Below are positions 9,417-18,652 of a stretch of 32,000 bases of DNA, in pieces. The stretch's first letter is position 1. Each line of letters opens with the position of its first letter. The DNA is from Haloferax volcanii DS2 (lineage in GTDB: Archaea; Halobacteriota; Halobacteria; Halobacteriales; Haloferacaceae). A model generated the notes under the pieces. It saw only the letters and a list, made by a program, of their open reading frames with translations. It was not told the origin of the DNA and ran no database searches. The stretch lies in NCBI RefSeq assembly GCF_000025685.1, contig NC_013967.1, positions 300,001-332,000 on the forward strand. The letters are read 5' to 3'. Made by a program: the position numbers and the translations under genes.

Positions 9417-9438
9417 GGACCGTCTGGCCGCGGGTTCG

Positions 9439-9447
9439 TATATAAAT
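9439..9447. promoter_or_regulatory. TATA box in the divergent spacer (fits the minus-strand gene at -27)
   Basis: TATATAAAT lies 27 nt from the start at 9416 and about 48 nt from the plus-strand ATG at 9492. Confidence 0.4.
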
Positions 9448-9491
9448 CCTCGTCCGGGGGTTCAAGTCGCATCGCGCGGCCAGTCCGTGCC

Positions 9492-10541
9492 ATGCACACT
9501 ATCGGCCGCAAGTCGGACGAGGAAGGCCCGGCCTGTCGACTCGGATGCTACCGCGCCCGCGACGGGAGCGACGGCGCGACCGTCGGCCTCGACGTGAACC
9601 GTCCGCACGCGGCCGTCGTCGTCGGCAAGCGCGGCAGCGGGAAGTCCCACACGCTCGGCGTCATGGCCGAAGGACTGGCACGCGCTGCGGGCGTCGCGCC
9701 GGTCGTCATCGACCCGATGGGCGTCTTCTGTGGCCTCACCGAGTCGCCGATAGACGCGACGGTTCACGACTCGCCGCGCGTCCGCGCCGACGCGCTCCCG
9801 CCGAGCGCGTGGCCGGAGCTGCTCGGTCTCGACCCGACCGCGCCCGCGGGGTCGCTCGTCTGGCGACTCGCGGCCGAGGAAGACTCGTTGGTGGCGATGC
9901 GCGGGGCGGTCGACGACGACGACGCCGCCCCCGAGACGCGCAGAGCCGCGGCGAACCACCTCGCGTTGGCCGACTCGTGGGACGTGTTTCACCCCGAGGG
10001 ACTCGACCCGCGGTCGCTCTGCGGCTCCTCACCCGACGTGCTCGACCTCTCGGGACTGGAGGCGACCCCCGCGAGCGCCGTGGTTCGCGTCGTCGCCCGC
10101 GGCCTCTACGACGCCCGCGTCGCGGGCTCGGTCCCCCGAATCCCGTGGCTGCTTCTCGACGAGGCCCACGCGTTCGCCGGCGGGCTCGCAGACCCCGCGC
10201 TTCGAACCCTTCTCACGCGCGGGCGAGCCCCCGGCGTCGGCGTCGTCCTCGCGACCCAGCGCCCCTCGGCGCTCCCCGAGGTCGCGGTCTCGCAGGCCGA
10301 CCTCCGGGTCGTCCACCGACTCACCGCCGGCCCCGACGTGTCGGCGATGGCCGCCGCCGACCCGACGTACTTCGACGAGTCGCTCCGCGCTCGGCTCCCG
10401 CGGGAACGCGGCTGTGCGCTCGTCGTCGACGACACCACGGAGACCGTCCACGACGTTCGGGTTCGCCCCCGTGAGACGCCCGACGGCGGCGCGACGCCGC
10501 GGGCGGTTTCCGAGCCTGGCAGTTCCGAAACCATAGAGTAG
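9492..10541 (+). CDS. short HerA/FtsK-like (DUF87-type) P-loop ATPase
   Basis: 349 aa. Walker A is GKRGSGKS and Walker B is WLLLDEAH, followed by VVLATQRPS. Confidence 0.65.
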   Translation: MHTIGRKSDEEGPACRLGCYRARDGSDGATVGLDVNRPHAAVVVGKRGSGKSHTLGVMAEGLARAAGVAPVVIDPMGVFCGLTESPIDATVHDSPRVRADALPPSAWPELLGLDPTAPAGSLVWRLAAEEDSLVAMRGAVDDDDAAPETRRAAANHLALADSWDVFHPEGLDPRSLCGSSPDVLDLSGLEATPASAVVRVVARGLYDARVAGSVPRIPWLLLDEAHAFAGGLADPALRTLLTRGRAPGVGVVLATQRPSALPEVAVSQADLRVVHRLTAGPDVSAMAAADPTYFDESLRARLPRERGCALVVDDTTETVHDVRVRPRETPDGGATPRAVSEPGSSETIE

Positions 10542-10561
10542 CCTCCCCGGAGTACTGCCGT

Positions 10562-10897
10562 ATGGACCGCTCGGAACTGGCGTTGGTCGCCCTCGGCGGG
10601 TTCGCCGGCGCGACGCTTCGCTACGCCGTCTCCGTCGCGATTCCCGGCGCGGGCGGCACGCTCGCGGTGAACGTCCTCGGGAGCTTCGCCCTCGGGACGT
10701 TCATCACGTCGGTCTCCTCCCACCGGGCGCAGTTGTTCTTCGGAACCGGGCTGCTCTCGTCGTTCACGACGTACAGCACGTTCGCCGTCCAGACCGCGTC
10801 GCTGTCGCCGGTGGGCGGCGCGCTCAACGTCGGCGCGAACTACGCGCTCGGCTTCGCCGCCGCCGCGCTCGGCCTCACGTTCGGGGGGCGGCGGTGA
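10562..10897 (+). CDS. crcB: fluoride channel CrcB/Fluc, subunit 1
   Basis: 111 aa with four TM helices. Motifs include GGFAGATLRY and LLSSFTTYSTF. Confidence 0.85.
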   Translation: MDRSELALVALGGFAGATLRYAVSVAIPGAGGTLAVNVLGSFALGTFITSVSSHRAQLFFGTGLLSSFTTYSTFAVQTASLSPVGGALNVGANYALGFAAAALGLTFGGRR

Positions 10898-11250
10898 CTC
10901 CCTCGCTGCTCTCGGCCGTCCTCGTCGGCGTCGGCGGGATGGGTGGCGCAGTCGCCCGGCACACCGTCGACCAGCGAGTCGTCGGCAAGTGGAGCACCGT
11001 CACCGTCAACGTCCTCGGGAGCGTCGCGCTGGGATTCATCGTCACTGCGTCCGTCGGCGACGCGGCCGCGACGCTCGCCGGAACCGGCTTCTGCGGGGCC
11101 TTCACGACCTTTTCGTCGTTTGCGGTCGGCGTCGCGGAACTCGCAGAGGCGGGCGATTACGACACGGCCGCTCGGTACGCCTTCGGGACGTTGGTGGCGG
11201 CGTTGGTCGGCGTGGCGATTGGTGGGGCGATGGGCGGGTTGGTTGGCTGA
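10894..11250 (+). CDS. crcB: fluoride channel CrcB/Fluc, subunit 2
   Basis: 118 aa. The GTG start overlaps the upstream stop (GTGA). Motifs include GGAVARH and GFCGAFTTFSSF. Confidence 0.8.
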   Translation: MTPSLLSAVLVGVGGMGGAVARHTVDQRVVGKWSTVTVNVLGSVALGFIVTASVGDAAATLAGTGFCGAFTTFSSFAVGVAELAEAGDYDTAARYAFGTLVAALVGVAIGGAMGGLVG

Positions 11251-11273
11251 CTGCGGAGCGCGGCGGTAGGTGG

Positions 11274-11305
11274 GTAATTCGTCGAAACGTACGCCCGAGG
11301 CGGGA
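11274..11305 (-). repeat. 32-nt copy (30/32 identical) of the 3' flank plus last 14 nt of tRNA-Asp copy A
   Basis: GTAATTCGTCGAAACGTACGCCCGAGGCGGGA here matches GTAATTCATCGAAAAGTACGCCCGAGGCGGGA at 11635-11666. Confidence 0.8.
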
Positions 11306-11373
11306 GTTCACCGAACAGCGTGAGGTGAACTCAGGAACTCCCGTGAGTGAACGACGTGAACGAGCGGGTGTGA

Positions 11374-11434
11374 CGGGATTTGAACCTCGGTCGCTTTGCT
11401 CACTCCGTTCGCGTCGCTCCCTGATTCAAATCCC
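11374..11434 (-). repeat. tRNA T-arm-derived inverted repeat (pseudo-tRNA fragment)
   Basis: GGGATTTGAA (11375-11384) is perfectly complementary to TTCAAATCCC (11425-11434), with a 40-nt intervening segment. No acceptor or anticodon arms are present. Confidence 0.6.
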
Positions 11435-11464
11435 TCCGTCTGGCGGTTACAGCACGTAGGGGCC

Positions 11465-11486
11465 GCGACGCGACAAGACGCGTCGC
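11465..11486. repeat. GC hairpin 1 (GCGACGCG-ACAAGA-CGCGTCGC)
   Basis: 8-bp stem and 6-nt loop, preceded by GGCC. It is homologous in position to hairpin 2. Confidence 0.7.
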
Positions 11487-11507
11487 TTGGCTTGTAACGT
11501 TCGGAAA

Positions 11508-11577
11508 AGCGCCCGAGGCGGGATTTGAACCGTGCCGACGTCGCTCGTTTCTCTCGCTCGTCGTCGGGTTCAATCCC
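11508..11577 (-). repeat. decayed tRNA-Asp unit: 24-nt exact copy of the 3' end, then divergent sequence ending in an inverted T-arm core
   Basis: AGCGCCCGAGGCGGGATTTGAACC (11508-11531) is identical to the copy-B 3' end plus flank. GGGTTCAATCCC (11566-11577) pairs with 11520-11531 (11 bp, one bulge). The T-stem and acceptor stem are broken, so this is not a functional tRNA. Confidence 0.65.
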
Positions 11578-11605
11578 TTTTGGGGTATTCACGAGAATTA
11601 CGGCC

Positions 11606-11627
11606 GCGCCGAGACGAGACTCGGCGC
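11606..11627. repeat. GC hairpin 2 (GCGCCGAG-ACGAGA-CTCGGCGC)
   Basis: 8-bp stem and 6-nt loop, preceded by GGCC, about 25 nt downstream of the tRNA-Asp copy A 3' end. Confidence 0.7.
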
Positions 11628-11652
11628 TCAGCGAGTAATTCATCGAAAAGTA

Positions 11653-11725
11653 CGCCCGAGGCGGGATTTGAACCCGCGTCACGACCGTGACAGGGTCGTA
11701 TGATGGGCCACTACACCACCCGGGC
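11653..11725 (-). tRNA. tRNA-Asp (GTC), copy A
   Basis: Hand-folded cloverleaf. The acceptor stem is GCCCGGG/CTCGGGC. The anticodon arm is CGACC-CTGTCAC-GGTCG and the T arm is GCGGG-TTCAAAT-CCCGC. The discriminator is G and CCA is not encoded. Confidence 0.9.
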
Positions 11726-11754
11726 TTACTGAAGTGAGTTTGCGGTACGGAGAG

Positions 11755-11827
11755 CGCCCGAGGCGGGATTTGAACCCGCGTCACGACCGTGACAGGGTCG
11801 TATGATGGGCCACTACACCACCCGGGC
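11755..11827 (-). tRNA. tRNA-Asp (GTC), copy B (73/73 identical to copy A)
   Basis: Same fold as copy A. The two genes are separated by a 29-nt spacer. Confidence 0.9.
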
Positions 11828-11856
11828 CCTCCGTCTGCACTCATCCGTAGCCGAGG

Positions 11857-11868
11857 TTTATAGATAAG
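11857..11868 (-). promoter_or_regulatory. TATA box for the tRNA-Asp tandem
   Basis: The minus strand reads CTTATCTATAAA, ending 29 nt upstream of the copy B 5' end. Confidence 0.45.
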
Positions 11869-12094
11869 ACTTACCATCTGGGCTGCCCTTGGCCCGCGGT
11901 ACCGCGATTCTCGCCCCGAAGACATTTATATCGTGACACCCCATGCCAACGTGTGACGATTCGCGCATCTCCGGTGCGTGACTGCCGATAGCGTCGCCTC
12001 TCTTCGACGCAGTTGGCAAGGGTTAAATGGGTGCGTCCCAAAATCAGCCGTAGTATCCCGTGACAGCTTCTTCCAGCACCCAGCAGCACCATAC

Positions 12095-12322
12095 ATGGTA
12101 GACGTAAGCCAACACAAACTGGTTCCGGAACACACGAAACTCGACGACGAGGCCGTCGAGGACGTGTTACAGGAGTACAACGTCGAGAAGACGAATCTCC
12201 CGAAGATCAAGCTGAAGGACCCGGCGCTCCCCGAGGACGCAGAGCCCGGCGACGTCATCAAGATCGTTCGGAACTCTCGAACGACAGACAAAGCAGTCGT
12301 ATACCGACTGGTGATTGAATGA
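12095..12322 (+). CDS. rpoH: RNA polymerase subunit H (Rpo5)
   Basis: Internal ATG of track ORF 11978..12322. The protein runs [30 protein letters not shown]...VYRLVIE (75 aa). The upstream part of the ORF has low GC3. Confidence 0.9.
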   Translation: MVDVSQHKLVPEHTKLDDEAVEDVLQEYNVEKTNLPKIKLKDPALPEDAEPGDVIKIVRNSRTTDKAVVYRLVIE

Positions 12323-13884
12323 ACCGACAAGCGCGACGCGAGGTCTCTCGCAAGTACTTCTCCGAAGAACGGCTCGCTGAACACCACTTCCGCTCGTTTA
12401 ACGCGTTCCTCGAACGCGGCATGATGGACGTCGTCGAAGAGAAGGCGACCATCGAAACGGACATCGGCGACAAGGAGGGCGAGGAACCCGTCTACGTCGA
12501 GCTCGGTGGCGTCCGCGTGGAGACGCCCCGCGTCCGCGAGGCCGACGGCTCCGAGGAACTGCTCTTCCCGCAGGAAGCGCGCCTGCGCAACATCACCTAC
12601 TCCGCCCCCGTGTTCATGGAGATGTCCATCGTCCGCGGCGGCGAGGAAGAAGAGGAGGTCGTCGTCGACACCGCCGAGACGAAGGTCGGCCGGATGCCCA
12701 TCATGGTCGGCTCCTCGAAGTGCAACATCGCGGAGCTCTCCGACGAGGACCTCGTCGAAATCGGCGAGGACCCCGTCGACCCCGGCGGCTACTTCATCGT
12801 CAACGGCTCCGAGCGCGTGCTCATGACCTCGGAGGACCTGGCGCCGAACAAGATTCTCGCCGAGTACGACACGAAGTACGGCGACGAGATTCAGGTCGCG
12901 AAGACGTTCAGCCAGCGCCGCGGCTACCGCGCGCTCGTGCTCTGTGAACGCAACCGCGAGGGGCTCCTCGAAGTCTCGTTCCCCTCGGTTTCGGGGAGCG
13001 TCAACTTCGTGACGCTCGTCCGCGCGCTCGGTCTCGAATCCGACGAGGAAATCGTCCACCGCGTCTCCGACGACCCGGAGATTGTGAAGTTCATGCTCGA
13101 GAACCTCGAGGAGGCCGAGGTGCAGACCCAAGAGCAGGCCATCGAGGCGCTCGGCAAGCGCGTCGCCGGCGGCCAGGGCAAGAACTACCAGCTCAAGCGC
13201 GCCAACTACGTCATCGACCGCTACCTGCTTCCGCACCTCCACGAGGAGGGCGCGGAAGAAGAGGAAGTGCGCATGAACAAGGCGTACTACCTCTGTCGCA
13301 TGGCCGAGGCGTGTTTCGAACTCGCGCTCCAGCGCCGCGACTCCGACGACAAGGACCACTACGCCAACAAGCGCCTGAAGGTCTCCGGCGACCTCATGAA
13401 GGACCTCTTCCGGACGGCGCTCAACAAGCTGGCGCGCGACGTGAAGTACCAGCTCGAACGCGCTAACATGCGGAACCGGAACCTGACGGTCAACACCGTC
13501 GTCCGGTCCGACGTGCTCACCGAGCGGCTCGAACACCCCATCGCGACGGGCAACTGGGTCGGCGGCCGCTCCGGCGTCTCCCAGCTCGTCGACCGCACCG
13601 ACTACATGGGTGTGCTGTCGCATCTGCGTCGCCTTCGCAGTCCGCTGTCGCGGTCGCAGCCGCACTTCGAGGCGCGCGACCTGCACGCGACCCAGTGGGG
13701 TCGCATCTGTCCCTCCGAGACCCCCGAGGGACCGAACTGCGGGCTGGTGAAGAACTTCGCGCAGGCGATGGAGCTCTCCCAGAACGTCGAAGACGAACAG
13801 TCGCTGAAACGAGAACTCGCGTCGATGGGTGTCGAGGGTATCCCCGGCATCGACAGCGTCGACGCCGCACCCGCGGACGACTAA
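12319..13884 (+). CDS. rpoB2: RNA polymerase subunit B'' (Rpo2 N-terminal part)
   Basis: 521 aa. An ATGA overlap couples it to rpoH. Contains conserved RpoB N-terminal blocks. Confidence 0.95.
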   Translation: MNRQARREVSRKYFSEERLAEHHFRSFNAFLERGMMDVVEEKATIETDIGDKEGEEPVYVELGGVRVETPRVREADGSEELLFPQEARLRNITYSAPVFMEMSIVRGGEEEEEVVVDTAETKVGRMPIMVGSSKCNIAELSDEDLVEIGEDPVDPGGYFIVNGSERVLMTSEDLAPNKILAEYDTKYGDEIQVAKTFSQRRGYRALVLCERNREGLLEVSFPSVSGSVNFVTLVRALGLESDEEIVHRVSDDPEIVKFMLENLEEAEVQTQEQAIEALGKRVAGGQGKNYQLKRANYVIDRYLLPHLHEEGAEEEEVRMNKAYYLCRMAEACFELALQRRDSDDKDHYANKRLKVSGDLMKDLFRTALNKLARDVKYQLERANMRNRNLTVNTVVRSDVLTERLEHPIATGNWVGGRSGVSQLVDRTDYMGVLSHLRRLRSPLSRSQPHFEARDLHATQWGRICPSETPEGPNCGLVKNFAQAMELSQNVEDEQSLKRELASMGVEGIPGIDSVDAAPADD

Positions 13885-13885
13885 C

Positions 13886-15715
13886 ATGGCTCAGGCACAG
13901 CGAGAAGCGAAAGTATACGTCAACGGTAGTCTCGTCGGGACCCACCCGGACCCCAACCAACTCGCGGCACAGATTCGAGAGGCGCGCCGCCGCGGCGACG
14001 TGAGCCAGATGGTGAACGTCTCCGTCAAAGAGCGCACCCGCGAAGTCATCATCAACGCCGACGCGGGCCGCGCCCGCCGTCCGCTCATCGTCGTCGAAGA
14101 CGGCGAGCCGCTCCTCGACGACGACCACGTCGAGGCGCTCGACAACGACGAACTCGACTTCGACGACCTCGTCGAGCGCGGGCTCGTCGAGTTCATCGAC
14201 GCCGAGGAGGAAGAGGACATCTACGTCGCGGTCGACGAGGACGAACTCAACGAGGACCACACGCACCTCGAAATCGACCCGCAGCTCATCTTCGGCATCG
14301 GTGCCGGGATGATTCCGTACCCGGAACACAACGCCTCGCCCCGCATTACGATGGGGGCAGGGATGATGAAGCAGTCGCTGGGGCTGCCCGCGGCGAACTA
14401 CCGCATCCGCCCGGACACCCGCCAGCACCTCATGCACTACCCGCAGCTCTCGATGGTCAAAACGCAGACCACGGAGCAAATCGGGTTCGACGAGCGACCC
14501 GCGGCCCAGAACTTCGTCGTGGCCGTCATGTCCTACGAGGGCTTCAACATCGAGGACGCGCTCGTCATGAACAAGGGCTCGGTCGAACGTGCCCTCGCCC
14601 GCTCGCACTTCTTCCGCACCTACGAGGGCGAAGAGCGCCGCTACCCCGGCGGTCAGGAAGACCGCTTCGAGATTCCGTCGCAGGACGTGCGCGGCGCGCG
14701 CGGCGAAGACGCGTACTCGCACCTCGACGAGGACGGCCTCGTCAACCCCGAGACGGTCGTCGACGAGAACTCCGTGCTGCTCGGCAAGACCTCGCCGCCG
14801 CGGTTCCTCGAAGAACCCGACGACATGGCGGGACTCTCGCCGCAGAAGCGCCGCGAGACCTCCGTCACGATGCGCTCGGGCGAATCCGGCGTCGTGGACA
14901 CGGTCACGCTCATGGAGGGCGAAGACGGTTCGAAGCTCGCCAAGGTGTCCGTCCGCGACCAGCGCGTTCCGGAACTCGGCGACAAGTTCGCGTCCCGGCA
15001 CGGACAGAAGGGCGTCGTGGGCCACCTGGCTCCCCAGGAGGACATGCCCTTCACCGCCGACGGCGTCGTGCCCGACCTCGTGCTCAACCCGCACGCCCTG
15101 CCGTCGCGCATGACGGTCGGCCACGTGCTGGAGATGCTCGGCGGTAAGGTCGGTGCGCTCGAAGGTCGCCGCGTCGACGGCACCGCCTTCCAGGGCGAAA
15201 ACGAAGAGGAACTCCGCTCGGCGCTCGAAGAGCGCGGCTTCATGTCCTCCGGCAAGGAGGTCATGTACTCCGGCGTCACCGGCGAGAAGATCGAGGCCGA
15301 AATCTTCGTCGGCATCATCTTCTACCACAAGCTGTACCACATGGTGAGCAACAAGCTGCACGCCCGCTCGCGCGGTCCCGTGCAGGTGCTCACCCGCCAG
15401 CCGACGGAGGGTCGCGCCCGCGAGGGTGGCCTCCGTCTCGGGGAGATGGAGCGCGACACCGTCATCGGCCACGGGGCCGCGATGGTGCTTCAGGAGCGCC
15501 TGCTCGACTCCTCCGACAAGGAGAAGGTCTACATCTCCGCCGACACCGGCATGGTCGCCGTCGAGGACCGCGACCAGCGCCGCATCTACGACCCGGTCAC
15601 CGGCGACGAGGACAACATCCACGAAATCGAGATCAGCTACGCGTTCAAGCTGCTTCTCGACGAGATGGTCGCGCTCGGCGTCCGCCCGCGAATCGAACTG
15701 AAGGACGCGGTCTAA
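13886..15715 (+). CDS. rpoB1: RNA polymerase subunit B' (Rpo2 C-terminal part)
   Basis: Internal ATG ([14 protein letters not shown]) two nt after the B'' stop. Contains [25 protein letters not shown] and [11 protein letters not shown]. Confidence 0.95.
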   Translation: MAQAQREAKVYVNGSLVGTHPDPNQLAAQIREARRRGDVSQMVNVSVKERTREVIINADAGRARRPLIVVEDGEPLLDDDHVEALDNDELDFDDLVERGLVEFIDAEEEEDIYVAVDEDELNEDHTHLEIDPQLIFGIGAGMIPYPEHNASPRITMGAGMMKQSLGLPAANYRIRPDTRQHLMHYPQLSMVKTQTTEQIGFDERPAAQNFVVAVMSYEGFNIEDALVMNKGSVERALARSHFFRTYEGEERRYPGGQEDRFEIPSQDVRGARGEDAYSHLDEDGLVNPETVVDENSVLLGKTSPPRFLEEPDDMAGLSPQKRRETSVTMRSGESGVVDTVTLMEGEDGSKLAKVSVRDQRVPELGDKFASRHGQKGVVGHLAPQEDMPFTADGVVPDLVLNPHALPSRMTVGHVLEMLGGKVGALEGRRVDGTAFQGENEEELRSALEERGFMSSGKEVMYSGVTGEKIEAEIFVGIIFYHKLYHMVSNKLHARSRGPVQVLTRQPTEGRAREGGLRLGEMERDTVIGHGAAMVLQERLLDSSDKEKVYISADTGMVAVEDRDQRRIYDPVTGDEDNIHEIEISYAFKLLLDEMVALGVRPRIELKDAV

Positions 15716-15721
15716 CCACTC

Positions 15722-18652
15722 ATGTCAATGCAGACACCCAAAGAAATCGGCAGCATCCAGTTCGGGTTGATGGACCCGGAGACGTACCGAGACATGTCCG
15801 CGACGAAGGTCATCACCGCGGACACCTACGACGACGACGGCTACCCAATCGACATGGGTCTCATGGACCCGCGGCTGGGCGTCATCGACCCCGGGCTGCA
15901 ATGCCGCACCTGCGGCCAGCACTCCGGGTCGTGTAACGGGCACTTCGGCCACATCGAACTGGCCGCGCCCGTCATCCACGTCGGCTTCACGAAGCTCATC
16001 CGTCGCCTGCTCCGCTCGACGTGTCGGGAGTGCGGTCGCCTCTCGCTGACGGACGAGGAAGCAGACGAGTACCGCGACAAGCTCGGTCGCACGAAGGAAC
16101 TCGGCGACGACTGGAGCGACGTGATGAAGTCGGCGGTCCGGCAGGCCCGCAAGGCCAACCGCTGTCCCCACTGCGGCTCGCCGCAGCACGACATCAAACA
16201 CGAGAAGCCGACGACCTACTACGAGGTCCAGAACGTGCTCGCCGGGGACTACTCCGAGCGCATCGCCGAAGCGATGCAGCCCGACCCCGACGACGAGGAC
16301 GACGAGGGCGTCGACCCCGTCACCCTCGCCAACGAGACCGGTCTCGACGCCGAGCGCGTCAATCAGGTGCTCGCCGGCGAGTTCCGCCCGGTCGGCGACG
16401 ACCGCAAGGCGCTCGAGAAGGCGCTCGACCTCGACCTCACCGAGGAGGACATGAACAAGCTGATGCCCTCGGACATCCGCGACTGGTTCGAGGACGTCCC
16501 GGACGAGGACCTCGTCACGCTCGGCATCGACCCCGACCGGTCGCGCCCCGAGTGGATGATTCTGACCGTCCTCCCCGTCCCGCCGGTCACGGCGCGTCCC
16601 TCCATCACGCTGGACAACGGCCAGCGCTCGGAGGACGACCTGACCCACAAGCTCGTGGACATCATCCGTATCAACCAGCGGTTCATGGAGAACCGCGAGG
16701 CGGGTGCGCCGCAGCTGATTATCGAGGACCTGTGGGAACTGCTCCAGTACCACGTCACCACGTTCATCGACAACGAGATTTCGGGCACGCCGCCGGCGCG
16801 TCACCGCTCCGGCCGCCCGCTGAAGACGCTCAGCCAGCGCCTGAAGGGCAAGGAGGGTCGCTTCCGCGGCTCCCTGTCCGGGAAGCGCGTCAACTTCTCG
16901 GCGCGTACCGTCATCTCGCCGGACCCGACGCTCTCGCTCAACGAGGTCGGCGTCCCGGACCGCGTCGCGTCCGAGATGACCCAGACGATGAACGTCACCG
17001 AGCGCAACGTCGACGAGGCTCGGCAGTACGTCCGTAACGGCCCCGAGAGCCACCCCGGCGCGAACTACGTCCGCCGACCGGACGGCCGCCGCCTGAAGGT
17101 GACAGAGAAGAACTGCGAGGAACTCGCGGAGAAGGTCGAACTCGGCTGGGAGGTCAACCGCCACCTCGTCGACGGCGACATCGTCATCTTCAACCGACAG
17201 CCGTCGCTGCACCGGATGTCCATCATGGCGCACGAAGTCGTCGTGATGCCGTACAAGACGTTCCGCCTGAACACGGTCGTCTGTCCGCCGTACAACGCCG
17301 ACTTCGACGGCGACGAGATGAACATGCACGCCCTCCAGAACGAGGAGGCCCGTGCCGAGGCGCGCGTTCTCATGCGCGTCCAAGAGCAGATTCTCTCGCC
17401 GCGCTTCGGTGAGAACATCATCGGCGCGATTCAGGACCACATCTCGGGAACCTACCTGCTGACGCACGACAACCCCGAGTTCGTCGAGACGCAGGCGCTC
17501 GACCTGCTTCGCGCGACGCGCGTGGACACGCTCCCAGAGCCCGCGGGCGAAAACGAGGGCGGTCAGCCCTACTGGACCGGCCAGCAGATCTTCTCCGAAC
17601 TCCTGCCGGACGACCTGAACATGGAGTTCACCTCGAAGGTCGGCGACACGGTCTCCATCGAGGACGGCCAGCTCGTGCAGGGCACCATCGACGAGGACGC
17701 CGTCGGCGCGTTCGGCGGCGAAATCGTCGACGCCCTCGCCAAGGACTACTCGAAGACGCGCTCGCGCATCTTCATCAACGAGATTGCCTCGCTGGCGATG
17801 CGCGCCATCATGCACTTCGGGCTGTCTATCGGTATCGACGACGAGTCCATCCCGGACGAGGCGACGGCGCAGGTCGACGAGGCCATCGACGCCGCCTACG
17901 ACAAGATTCAGGAGCTCATCGAAATCTACGAGGCGGGCGAGCTCGAATCGCTGCCGGGTCGCTCCGTCGACGAGACGCTGGAGATGAAGATCATGCAGCG
18001 CCTCGGCAAGGCGCGCGACTCCGCCGGCGAAATCGCGGAGGACCACTTCGAGGAGGACAACCCCGCGGTCGTGATGTCGAAGTCCGGCGCGCGTGCGTCC
18101 ATGCTCAACCTGACCCAGATGGCCGGCTGTGTCGGCCAGCAGGCGGTTCGGGGCGAGCGCATCAACCGCGGCTACGAGGGCCGAACCCTGAGCCACTACC
18201 AGAAGGGCGACCTCTCGGCCGAGGCCCACGGCTTCGTCGAGAACTCCTACCGCGCCGGCCTCACCCCGCGTGAGTTCTTCTTCCACGCGATGGGTGGTCG
18301 CGAAGGGCTGGTCGACACGGCAGTCCGGACCTCGAAGTCCGGGTACTTGCAGCGTCGGCTCATCAACGCGCTGTCCGAGCTCGAAGCGCAGTACGACGGC
18401 TCCGTCCGCGACACGTCGGGGACCATCGTCCAGTTCGAGTTCGGTGAGGACGGCACGAGCCCCGTGAAGGTCTCGTCCGACGACGAGACGCCTATCGACG
18501 TCGAGAACATCGCCGACCGCATCCTCACCTCGGAGTTCAGCTCCGACGAGGAGAAGGAACGCTTCCTCGGCGAGCGCGCACCGCCGACCAACCTCTCCGA
18601 GCACGCCGAACCGCGTGTCGACGCCCGTGCGGGGGTCGAATCCGATGACTGA
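15722..18652 (+). CDS. rpoA1: RNA polymerase subunit A' (Rpo1 N-terminal part)
   Basis: 976 aa. It has the zinc-binding CRTCG...CNGHFGH segment and the catalytic motif [10 protein letters not shown]. Confidence 0.95.
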   Translation: MSMQTPKEIGSIQFGLMDPETYRDMSATKVITADTYDDDGYPIDMGLMDPRLGVIDPGLQCRTCGQHSGSCNGHFGHIELAAPVIHVGFTKLIRRLLRSTCRECGRLSLTDEEADEYRDKLGRTKELGDDWSDVMKSAVRQARKANRCPHCGSPQHDIKHEKPTTYYEVQNVLAGDYSERIAEAMQPDPDDEDDEGVDPVTLANETGLDAERVNQVLAGEFRPVGDDRKALEKALDLDLTEEDMNKLMPSDIRDWFEDVPDEDLVTLGIDPDRSRPEWMILTVLPVPPVTARPSITLDNGQRSEDDLTHKLVDIIRINQRFMENREAGAPQLIIEDLWELLQYHVTTFIDNEISGTPPARHRSGRPLKTLSQRLKGKEGRFRGSLSGKRVNFSARTVISPDPTLSLNEVGVPDRVASEMTQTMNVTERNVDEARQYVRNGPESHPGANYVRRPDGRRLKVTEKNCEELAEKVELGWEVNRHLVDGDIVIFNRQPSLHRMSIMAHEVVVMPYKTFRLNTVVCPPYNADFDGDEMNMHALQNEEARAEARVLMRVQEQILSPRFGENIIGAIQDHISGTYLLTHDNPEFVETQALDLLRATRVDTLPEPAGENEGGQPYWTGQQIFSELLPDDLNMEFTSKVGDTVSIEDGQLVQGTIDEDAVGAFGGEIVDALAKDYSKTRSRIFINEIASLAMRAIMHFGLSIGIDDESIPDEATAQVDEAIDAAYDKIQELIEIYEAGELESLPGRSVDETLEMKIMQRLGKARDSAGEIAEDHFEEDNPAVVMSKSGARASMLNLTQMAGCVGQQAVRGERINRGYEGRTLSHYQKGDLSAEAHGFVENSYRAGLTPREFFFHAMGGREGLVDTAVRTSKSGYLQRRLINALSELEAQYDGSVRDTSGTIVQFEFGEDGTSPVKVSSDDETPIDVENIADRILTSEFSSDEEKERFLGERAPPTNLSEHAEPRVDARAGVESDD

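Noticed and set aside
10542-10561. Fluoride riboswitch (crcB motif) upstream of the crcB pair.
   Set aside because: Only 20 nt separate the upstream gene from the crcB start, which leaves no room for the riboswitch fold.
11274-11827. Possibility that the repeated units form a CRISPR array.
   Set aside because: Only two full repeats exist. They are 73 nt long and fold as canonical tRNA-Asp cloverleaves. The other copies are partial, spacing is irregular, and no cas genes are present.
11308-11925. 205-aa minus-strand ORF containing the duplicated peptide PGWCSGPSYDPVTVVTRVQIPPRA.
   Set aside because: It is a read-through of the two tRNA-Asp genes and their degenerate relatives. The repeated peptide is simply the translated tRNA sequence.
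15725-18604. Very long antisense ORFs opposite conserved genes. Examples on the minus strand are 15725-18604, 11926-13887, 13517-15622, 22945-25137, 27415-28956, 4720-5994 and 18537-19754.
   Set aside because: These are the usual artefact of about 65% GC, where stop codons are rare. Their translations are Arg/Gly/Val/Asp-rich low-complexity text, and each lies opposite a gene with unmistakable conserved motifs.
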